Assembly (NCBI GenBank): GCA_037917625.1
Contig: JAVCBY010000046.1
Span: forward strand, 1-11,623
Source: Thermoproteota archaeon
GTDB taxonomy: Archaea > Korarchaeota > Korarchaeia > Korarchaeales > Korarchaeaceae
Length of the DNA stretch: 11,623 bases
Reading direction: 5' to 3'
The notes under the pieces were generated by a model. That model saw only the letters and a program-made list of their open reading frames with translations, ran no database searches and was not told the DNA's origin. Positions within the stretch are counted from its first letter, which is position 1; every line of letters starts with the position of its first letter. Both the position numbers and the translations under genes were made by a program. Positions 1-6,625 of this stretch are shown piece by piece.

Positions 1-2
1 GC

Positions 3-296
3 GATCCCTTATCATTCTACAGGTCCGTAGAGGATTTTGAGAAGTTGATGTGGCCTCCTAGGAGTGAGTATAGCGTCATAAGGATACCATCCATCCCCTA
101 CCCGGATGAGGTCCTCGAGGAGGTCGTGAGGGTATTGGAAGGGGCTAGGAAGGAGGAAGTTAGGTTCAACATGGTGGCTCTTATGGGGCAGCTCGGCCTC
201 ATACAGGTGAGCGGGGGTAGGACTATCCCGACTGAGTACGGGAGGAAGTTGCTCAAGTTCTTGAGTGAGATAATGCGGACTGAGGCTAACTCCTGA
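3..296 (+). CDS. 3' part of a gene truncated by the window edge; C-terminal winged-helix domain, possibly CARF-wHTH (Csx14/Csa3-like) accessory protein
   Basis: Frame is open from base 3 (DPLSFYRSVEDFEKLMWPP...), so the tracked start at 45 is internal. C-terminus 'MGQLGLIQVSGGRTIPTEYGRKLL' fits the wHTH wing pattern (LGLI-x7-9-T-x2-G). 'WPP..SVIRIPSIPY' resembles the end of CARF-type domains. Family call is tentative. Confidence 0.55.
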   Translation, partial: DPLSFYRSVEDFEKLMWPPRSEYSVIRIPSIPYPDEVLEEVVRVLEGARKEEVRFNMVALMGQLGLIQVSGGRTIPTEYGRKLLKFLSEIMRTEANS

Positions 297-574
297 GGGA
301 ATGCATGCTTCACTGGATTAGCTCGAGAGACTCGCATCTAGATTGAACGCATTATGGACTTAAGGAAGGGAACCCTGCTGAGGGGCCTCGCTGACCCCTA
401 GGTGGTGCGAACTCCTAAGCCTTCCTTTTACCTCCGTTCCGGATGATTGAGAGCCCTCTGGAGGAGATGGGAAGGAATTGTAAGGATCTTCACTCACATT
501 TGAGCTTGATCAGAGCTCTTAAAGGTTTAGATTCGGAAACTTTTACGATGAAAGATCTTCGAGAGCAGCCGATG

Positions 575-1117
575 AGCGCATCAGGAGGAAATTGATAAGG
601 ATTGCTTCCCCATCCTCATCTCATCCTCTACTCTCAAGTAAACTTTCCCCGTCCGCTCAGCAGCTACAGCATAATAAGCCATGGAGAGAAGCTCTTTCTT
701 CAGCTCTCAGTCCTCAAGGCCTATCAAGAGGAGTTCGCTCCGGAAGCAGCCAGAGGATGAGTGAGAGCTTAATTGGATCTCTCAGCCTAAGGGGTCCCTC
801 GAAGCTGTAGAGCTCGCTAATAGTCTGAAGAGCTAAGTATAGTCTACGGGCCTCTTTGCAGCTCGATCGAACTGATTATCAATCTCTGTGAAGGGAATTT
901 TTATTATGAGCTAGATTAAAGCTCTTATAACCGCTCATTCCTTGAGTACATCCAACTTTCTCCCCTCTGACTCATCTTCTCTCAAGATAAGCTCCCTCTT
1001 ATCTTGCTCACTTCCCTCAGCCTTAGGGACCTCAAAGTACCTCTTTCTTAGCCATAACCTTTCTCCAGCTGTCTCCCGCAGGGATTTCAATGCTCTCCTT
1101 CCCGAGCCGACTCTCAT
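575..1117 (-). pseudogene. possible decayed antitoxin/PIN-toxin remnant
   Basis: A 60-aa charged ORF (935-1117) is followed by stop-interrupted frames containing 'ELLSMAYYAVAAERTGKVYL', loosely like the VapC 'YDAxYxAxAxxxG' helix. No intact gene. Confidence 0.2.
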
Positions 1118-1220
1118 CAGCTCATCGATGATTTGTTAAGCTCACATTGGGAGTTAGCTATCATCTCTAGTTCAATTAACGGGAAGAGCCTAGCTGAATT
1201 TAACCGTACTGAGATGAACC

Positions 1221-1233
1221 GTAAAGTTTAAAA
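1221..1233 (+). promoter_or_regulatory. archaeal BRE/TATA promoter of the aspartyl protease gene
   Basis: gtaaag-TTTAAAA about 25-30 nt upstream of ATG 1257; no Shine-Dalgarno, consistent with leaderless mRNA. Confidence 0.55.
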
Positions 1234-1256
1234 TCATATAACGCGTTGCTTGAGAG

Positions 1257-1613
1257 ATGGGCTTCGTTAGGGTTAGGGCTAGGGTCTGGAATATTGAGAA
1301 CCCAAAGTTGTCGAGAGAGTTAGAGTTGTTAGCTGACACGGGGGCTATTTACACAGTCTTACCTTCATCACTACTAGAGGAGCTCAGCATAAGAGCAATA
1401 GGTAGAAGAAGGTTTAAACTTGCAAACAATGAAGCGATTGAGAGGGACATAGGTTTAATAGGTATTGAAGTTGAGGACAGGTTTACGCACACTATAGTGG
1501 TGTTCGGCGAGGAGGATGTCTACCTGCTTGGCTTAACGACCTTAGAGGAGCTGGGATTGAAAGTAGATCCCGTGAAGGGAGTTCTAGTACCTATGGAGTT
1601 GCTCCTAATGTGA
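1257..1613 (+). CDS. clan AA (retroviral-like) aspartyl protease, archaeal single-domain type
   Basis: 118 aa with catalytic 'LLADTGAIYTVLP', flap 'RRRFKLAN' and C-terminal 'LLGLTTLEELGLKVDP'. Confidence 0.9.
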   Translation: MGFVRVRARVWNIENPKLSRELELLADTGAIYTVLPSSLLEELSIRAIGRRRFKLANNEAIERDIGLIGIEVEDRFTHTIVVFGEEDVYLLGLTTLEELGLKVDPVKGVLVPMELLLM

Positions 1614-1638
1614 ACAAAAAGCTTTGAAGCGTGCTTCA

Positions 1639-1728
1639 CTATCTTCTCACGTTTATTCTCCGCTTTCTTATATTCTTGGAATGCGCCAAATGATACGTCA
1701 GGCGGAACGCTTTGGTCGGGCGAGCCAT
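1639..1728 (-). CDS. putative 29-aa basic small ORF (MARPTKAFRLTYHLAHSKNIRKRRINVRR)
   Basis: AGGAGG at 1738-1733, 4 nt before ATG 1728; stop TAG at 1641-1639; below the ORF-track cutoff. Confidence 0.3.
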   Translation of the reverse strand: MARPTKAFRLTYHLAHSKNIRKRRINVRR

Positions 1729-1781
1729 GTATCCTCCTTTTTAGCAACAGGCATCTTGCGAGATCTCATCCTCTATTTTTT

Positions 1782-1805
1782 CTTTCAATCCTCTTTTCAT
1801 TGAGA
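1782..1805 (-). CRISPR. isolated CRISPR repeat copy
   Basis: ctttcaatcctcttttcattgaga is identical to 24 of 25 nt of the repeats at 2563 and 2639 (base 1806 is t instead of c). Confidence 0.9.
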
Positions 1806-1839
1806 TGCAGCACTGACAACTCGAGAGATTGAGTTTGTG

Positions 1840-1864
1840 AGTAAACTTTATTAGGGTTATCCTA
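1840..1864 (+). promoter_or_regulatory. vapBC promoter (BRE/TATA) with possible operator palindrome
   Basis: agtaaa-c-TTTATTA (1840-1853) about 27 nt upstream of GTG 1878; imperfect palindrome tagggttatccta at 1852-1864. Confidence 0.5.
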
Positions 1865-1877
1865 CCTGGAGTTTATC

Positions 1878-2105
1878 GTGGGGGATTACGTAGTCATTGC
1901 AGCGAAGATCCCGAGGAAGCTCAAGGATCTGATGGATGAGCTGGGGGTAAAGCCGGGTCCAGTTATCAGGAAAGCTCTGGAGGAGGAAGTCAGGAGAAGA
2001 ACTCTAGAAAAGCTGGAGGAAAGGGCGAGAAAGCTCCTTGAAAAACTGCCTGAAATCTCGGATGAGGAGATAGCTAGGCTGATCAGGGAGGATAGGGGGA
2101 GATGA
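1878..2105 (+). CDS. vapB: VapB-type antitoxin, ribbon-helix-helix DNA-binding
   Basis: 75 aa: 'YVVIAAKIPRKLKDLMDELGV..VIRKALEEEVRRR' RHH pattern and 'EEIARLIREDR' tail typical of archaeal VapB; directly upstream of a PIN gene. Confidence 0.85.
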   Translation: MGDYVVIAAKIPRKLKDLMDELGVKPGPVIRKALEEEVRRRTLEKLEERARKLLEKLPEISDEEIARLIREDRGR

Positions 2106-2498
2106 GATATATTTGATTCATCAGCTGTCGTGAACCTCGTGAAGAAGGGGAAGCTGTCAGCATTCATTGAGGGATGCACACTCGACTTAGCATTATATGA
2201 GTCCCTCAATGCGCTCTGGAAGGAGCACTTCCTCCTGAAAAAGCTGAGCGAGGATGTCTTTAGGGAGTACATCGACATAATCTCGGAACTCTTCAGGGCA
2301 ATAGAGGTCAAGAGCGTGATGGAACTCGAGGACAAAGTCTTGGAAAATGCTGTAAAGTACGGTATCACTGTATATGACTCATCTTACCTAACTTATGCGA
2401 TGGAGAATGGTCTTATGCTCGTCACGGACGATGAAAAGCTCTCTAGCAAAGCGAGGGATAAAGTAAATGTGATATCCACTTCCGAGATTCGATCGTGA
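2102..2498 (+). pseudogene. vapC: VapC PIN-domain toxin with 5' frameshift
   Basis: PIN motifs IFDSSAVVNL (2109-2138), LALYESLNALWK, ITVYDSSYL, LVTDD. The coupled ATG at 2102 (ATGA overlap with the vapB stop) reads MRYI-stop and is out of frame with the body; the tracked start at 2130 omits the first catalytic Asp. Confidence 0.8.
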
Positions 2499-2562
2499 AG
2501 GTTCCCGAATTCGGAGGTTTCGCGATAAGAGACGTTTCATTCCCTCTATCACTCTCTCTACC

Positions 2563-2663
2563 CTTTCAATCCTCTTTTCATTGAGACCCTCGTTATTCAG
2601 CTACAAACAGGCCCGCATTTGCGAGATTTCACCCCAAGCTTTCAATCCTCTTTTCATTGAGAC
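2563..2663 (-). CRISPR. CRISPR mini-array: two identical 25-bp repeats and one 51-bp spacer
   Basis: ctttcaatcctcttttcattgagac at 2563-2587 and 2639-2663. The minus strand reads GTCTCAATGAAAAGAGGATTGAAAG with the canonical ATTGAAAG handle. Spacer at 2588-2638. Confidence 0.9.
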
Positions 2664-2767
2664 GTTAAAGAGAGAATATGATGAAATAAGCACCAAAATA
2701 GGGATTTTAAGAGGATCTACTTCTACTAATTAATGTATGAAACTTACAAGGATTGGAATTTCTTCTA
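2664..2767 (-). promoter_or_regulatory. putative CRISPR leader
   Basis: AT-rich ~100-bp stretch between the last operon stop codon (2768) and the first repeat; TTAAAA on the minus strand at 2710-2705. Confidence 0.55.
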
Positions 2768-3028
2768 TTACTTGGCCTCACTCGAGCTGATTCCATTTTG
2801 TATTCTACTAATTATAAAGAACTCGGGTATATATATGTACATTTTTTCCACTATTTTATTTATTTCATTTGCAAAGCTATCCTCGTTTTCGGCAATTTGT
2901 TTCATCTTATTATGCAGTTCTGAGATATCCTCTGCTAGAGATCCCAGATATCCTTGAATCTCCTCCACACTATCCAGAAGATCATCTAGAACCTTAAGAG
3001 AATCGTGTTCCTCTAGATCAGTCCTCAA
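2768..3028 (-). CDS. acidic coiled-coil ORF, probably the frameshifted C-terminus of the 3037-4632 gene
   Basis: TTG start without an obvious RBS; its frame stays open 22 codons further upstream (NIFYSGEYIQDYAQHLENLVDT), overlapping the end of the upstream ORF. Confidence 0.6.
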   Translation of the reverse strand: MRTDLEEHDSLKVLDDLLDSVEEIQGYLGSLAEDISELHNKMKQIAENEDSFANEINKIVEKMYIYIPEFFIISRIQNGISSSEAK

Positions 3029-3036
3029 GGTATCTA

Positions 3037-4632
3037 CTAAATTCTCGAGATGTTGAGCATAATCTTGGATGTACTCTCCAGAATAGAAGATATTTTATTT
3101 ATTGAATAGCTCAATTTAACGGATATGCCATAATAGCATCTCAAGTAACGTATAAATTTTTCATTTAATATTTCTTCACTTATCATAATAGGAATAACGG
3201 GTAGAATTCCATGCGTTATAGAAAGACTATTCCTCAAATTTTTTAAATGATATTCTAAATTTCCAGATTTTATTTTATAAAATTTATTCTTTTCATCATT
3301 AAGACTCAATTCGAAGTAGTGGATCTTTTTTATTAATTCATTCAAAGTGTCCAGCCTTCCTGGCTTATGCAATTTGGGTAAGAACTCGTTGGATAAGAAC
3401 TCCCTCTTTTCTTTCTCCTTTTCTTTCTCATATTTATCCGAGGGGATCGCGAGGAAGTAGGGAAGCGTATTCATAATCCTATCTACTTGATCCATCATAT
3501 TGACGAAATTATAAAGATTCGTAAAGAAATATACCATATCTGCTCTCATTAGATAATGAAATATACTTACAATGAAGTGAAGGTAAGGAATTATAACACT
3601 ATTTGCATATATGAGACTCGCTATACCGGAGTTCCTCACAAGATGGGTGAAGAATTTTACATCAAAATCATCGCCTGCCTCTCCCCTGTCTGAGCTTTTA
3701 CTCACTCTCAATTCCCCTAAACTCTTGAATAAAACCTCCATTTTCGTTATCTTATCTACATATTTTCCATAAATCTCAATTATTGAGGAGAACACTTCTC
3801 TCAGATTCTTAATATTAGTATAGCTTGGCATTACGCTTTGGACGAGATCTAGATGCGGTAGTAGGAGTTTATTCACTATGAGCTCTATTGTATTCATTAT
3901 GGATTCTTCTATTTTATGGGTCGCTTGTTCACTTCTATACACACTTTGTATATAAATTGTTAACTGATTTAAGATTAATGAGTTTATTATATTATAAAAC
4001 CGATAAACAAGCTCCTTGGTGTCATTATTTTGAGGAAAGATCGATAATATATCTAAGGTTATATTTATTAGTGATTCTATTAGTGACTCTACATAATTCT
4101 CCCTATTTGAATGATCTGGAAGCTCTATTTTCTGTAATATCGATCCTCCTGTCTGTTCCTCTTTAATCGCGTGAAAATACTGGATATTTGATAAGATACT
4201 GTCTTCTGATAGGACGCCTTCTAATATTGTTTGAACTTCCTCTCTCATATCGATGGAGAGTTTATCATGTAGGAATATATGGAGAGCGGCTCTAATGAGA
4301 GGTCCCTTCAAGTCCCTCAGGGGTCCCTTCTCTAGATGCTTTACGAGATATTTGAACTCGCGGTCGATGATATCTATAAATCTAACTGAATTTTCATCTG
4401 AGATTGTAGGAAGAAATAGAATCCCGATGGATTTTATACCCTTTAACTCCGCACTACTCTTCACTTCCTCTAAGCTCTTCTCCTTAGGTATCCCTCCTTC
4501 TATCTCGTAAAACTTTCCATATATGAAGAAGAGTTTTTTATCATATATCGGATCCATGAACTTGAGTTTGGGTAGTTTTAAGTCCCCATCCTCCCAAAAC
4601 AGTGATGAGACCAGTAGTATATCCGGGATCAA
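3037..4632 (-). CDS. uncharacterised AT-rich, largely alpha-helical protein appended to the type III operon
   Basis: 531-aa ORF whose TTG start lies 1 nt after the upstream stop, preceded by AGGGGA; no motif recognised. Confidence 0.8.
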   Translation of the reverse strand: MIPDILLVSSLFWEDGDLKLPKLKFMDPIYDKKLFFIYGKFYEIEGGIPKEKSLEEVKSSAELKGIKSIGILFLPTISDENSVRFIDIIDREFKYLVKHLEKGPLRDLKGPLIRAALHIFLHDKLSIDMREEVQTILEGVLSEDSILSNIQYFHAIKEEQTGGSILQKIELPDHSNRENYVESLIESLINITLDILSIFPQNNDTKELVYRFYNIINSLILNQLTIYIQSVYRSEQATHKIEESIMNTIELIVNKLLLPHLDLVQSVMPSYTNIKNLREVFSSIIEIYGKYVDKITKMEVLFKSLGELRVSKSSDRGEAGDDFDVKFFTHLVRNSGIASLIYANSVIIPYLHFIVSIFHYLMRADMVYFFTNLYNFVNMMDQVDRIMNTLPYFLAIPSDKYEKEKEKEKREFLSNEFLPKLHKPGRLDTLNELIKKIHYFELSLNDEKNKFYKIKSGNLEYHLKNLRNSLSITHGILPVIPIMISEEILNEKFIRYLRCYYGISVKLSYSINKISSILESTSKIMLNISRI

Positions 4633-4633
4633 C

Positions 4634-5005
4634 TTATCCCCTTACCAAGTCAATCAGTTGATTTATTTCCCACTTTCCTAACTTCTTCAACTGAAAGTAC
4701 ACACTGCATAGAGATTTGAGATCCCTATCCATACTCATTAATATATCGAGGATCTTTGATGAGATTATCTCTGCATCAGGCAGAGAGAATTGAATTCTCT
4801 TACTCGAGAACTTCGATGCTATCTCGCTTATTATTCCCTTTATGAAAATATCTCTATCCTTAGATGGATCGTATCCTTTCCTCAATATGTACTCATACTT
4901 TCTCAGTAGCTTGAAGCTCAAGTCATATGCATCACGGTCCCCGCTTAACTGCTTCAAGGAATTGCTCATCCTTATGAGCTGGACGAGATCCTCGCATCTA
5001 ACCAT
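4634..5005 (-). CDS. small alpha-helical type III-associated protein (123 aa; possible second small subunit)
   Basis: GGAGGTG precedes ATG 5005 (MVRCEDLVQ...), which overlaps the upstream stop, making this a better start than 5050. Helical and basic, no RAMP glycine loop. Confidence 0.7.
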   Translation of the reverse strand: MVRCEDLVQLIRMSNSLKQLSGDRDAYDLSFKLLRKYEYILRKGYDPSKDRDIFIKGIISEIASKFSSKRIQFSLPDAEIISSKILDILMSMDRDLKSLCSVYFQLKKLGKWEINQLIDLVRG

Positions 5006-5789
5006 CGCCGAACACCTCCAAAAACCTATCCTTAAGCTCCTGAAAAGCATTATTTACATCTTTCATTATTTCTTCAGTAATTTCTCTCTCCCTTCCGAGG
5101 CTATCGAGAGAGAACACCTTCAAATCTGAGATCCTGATTTTCCCCAGGCCCTTCGGCTTTCCGAATCCTAGAAGCAGTATTTTAGGCTCCTGGGGATTGT
5201 ATCCCATCGCTAAGATAAGTTTCGCTGTTTCCATCTTGAGTGGATTCAGAACGGTGATATCCGTATGCAGAATTGCCCCTTTGGGAATGCATTCTAAGTA
5301 ATACTGCTTTGTCTCCTCTTTAAACTCAATATCACTCCTATATATCTTTATCTTTCCAAATTCCCTCCTCCTTGGCTGCCAACTCGGGCCTACGCTGAGT
5401 ATCTGAGGTTCAATCTGTCCCTCCGGGAATGAATCTGAGAAGAGAGCTCTCGACATATAGCCGGGGAATCCGAAGAGAATTGAAGTTGATGATATGCTTC
5501 CAGTGATCGCTAAATAATAGTGTGAGATCACCCCCTTCAAAGTGGAACCAGGTATTAAGAGCTTATCATCTCTTCTTGCGTTGAGGAATAGGGGAAGTCC
5601 CTCATAAAGCTCAATTTCTCCACTTCCAACATGCACTGGAGATTCCGTCCTGATGGATGCTCGTATCTTATGAGCCTCTCTTAAGCTAGAGTGATGTAGC
5701 TCACGAGTCTCTTTTAAGTAAGAGTATAGGACCTTATTCATAGTGTCTCTCTTCACACCATCCACTTTTATGAATTTGTAAGTGCTCAT
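4998..5789 (-). CDS. cas7: Cas7-group RAMP, Csm5-like distal subunit
   Basis: 'TESPVHVGSG', 'LLIPGSTLKG', G-loop 'LLGFGKPKGLG'; no Csm3-type Asp after GSG. ATG 5789 overlaps the upstream TGA (ATGA), making this a better start than 5840. Confidence 0.85.
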   Translation of the reverse strand: MSTYKFIKVDGVKRDTMNKVLYSYLKETRELHHSSLREAHKIRASIRTESPVHVGSGEIELYEGLPLFLNARRDDKLLIPGSTLKGVISHYYLAITGSISSTSILFGFPGYMSRALFSDSFPEGQIEPQILSVGPSWQPRRREFGKIKIYRSDIEFKEETKQYYLECIPKGAILHTDITVLNPLKMETAKLILAMGYNPQEPKILLLGFGKPKGLGKIRISDLKVFSLDSLGREREITEEIMKDVNNAFQELKDRFLEVFGDG

Positions 5790-6625
5790 TTGCTCAACCC
5801 CTCGATCAGAGAATTTAGACATCCCTCGACATCCTTCCATTTCAACTTAGCCCTCAGGAGAGGCGGTTCTGTCTCAGGTTCGCATTTCAAATTGCATTTT
5901 GAGATAGAATCTAGGATAGAGATCTTATCCGCTTTCCTCAGGTCTAACCTCACGTACTTCCCGTAACTTGGAAAGTTCATCGAGAAAGAGAGCTCTTTCC
6001 TCTCTGAAGGCCATGGGATGATTAGGGAGATATCTGATAAACTCATGGATACATACCCGTATCCCCTGCTCTTAGATCTTCCCAATCTAGCGATTCCAGC
6101 ATTTGCCTGCGTGATCACTGGGGAAAGAAGCGAGAGGAAAGATGGAGGGATGTTCCTGAAGGAGATCTCGAATGAAAAATTGGTCTCTTCCTTTATATAT
6201 TCTTGAGTGAAGGGTCCGTACTTCACAGCCATAGTCGATGGATCTATCTTGATGTGCTCTCTCGTTCCAATAGCATCACTCCTCTCCGTTTGAGCATCAC
6301 TGAAAAAAAGTCTAGAGCCATAGGCTTCCCTCCTCCTGGCAGTTCCAAAGAGATCCTCCAGAAGTCCCGCATATCCCTCTCTATTGAGTGAGGATAGAGT
6401 CCTCTCTATTCCGGATCTGAAGAACCCCTTGAGAGTTGATCCAGGTATCACAGGTCTCCCCCTAGAATCCCTGAGGAGGGGTAAGTCCGGGGAGAGAGGG
6501 TCTATGGGACTCTTACCGGCTCCGATCGTTAGAGGTGATTTCGTCGTTATCTCGCACTTCATACTCCCTGAGATCACGATGGCTTCGAACCCTCTAATTT
6601 CTTTAATCTCATGCATCTCATTCAC
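5786..6625 (-). CDS. csm3: Cas7-group RAMP, Csm3-like
   Basis: 'SPLTIGAG..SPDLPLLRD', 'IPGSTLKGFFRS', 'LFG', 'RLGRSKSRGYG'; the start may be ATG 6616. Confidence 0.88.
   Translation of the reverse strand: MNEMHEIKEIRGFEAIVISGSMKCEITTKSPLTIGAGKSPIDPLSPDLPLLRDSRGRPVIPGSTLKGFFRSGIERTLSSLNREGYAGLLEDLFGTARRREAYGSRLFFSDAQTERSDAIGTREHIKIDPSTMAVKYGPFTQEYIKEETNFSFEISFRNIPPSFLSLLSPVITQANAGIARLGRSKSRGYGYVSMSLSDISLIIPWPSERKELSFSMNFPSYGKYVRLDLRKADKISILDSISKCNLKCEPETEPPLLRAKLKWKDVEGCLNSLIEGLSK

Noticed and set aside
311-330. cactg...ctcgagaga similar to 1811-1828
   Set aside because: Only a 9-bp exact core; ctcgag-type words are frequent throughout the window.
618-646. atctcatcctcta (618-630) equals 1763-1775, and agtaaacttt (637-646) equals 1840-1849
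   Set aside because: Short, low-complexity matches with inconsistent spacing; no further support.
592-810. 72-aa plus-strand ORF, also 942-1139 (+), 98-337 (-) and 1520-1747 (-)
   Set aside because: No recognisable motifs; mostly Ser-rich or overlapping better-supported genes.
1257-1613. Aspartyl protease as a cOA-activated type III effector
   Set aside because: No sensor domain is fused, it has its own promoter on the opposite strand, and such small proteases are common stand-alone genes in archaea.
1886-2368. 160-aa minus-strand ORF
   Set aside because: Ser-rich antisense shadow of vapBC; no motifs.
2678-2684. ATGATGA box C motif suggesting a C/D sRNA
   Set aside because: No CTGA box D at a suitable distance; lies in the putative CRISPR leader.
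2733-2957. 74-aa hydrophobic plus-strand ORF resembling a membrane protein
   Set aside because: Antisense to the Glu/Lys/Asn-rich coiled-coil ORF; the hydrophobicity follows from T-rich complement codons.
3400-3430. Pyrimidine run encoding EKEKEKEK, and the KGPL-x3-KGPL duplication near 4300-4330
   Set aside because: Ordinary low-complexity coding micro-repeats.
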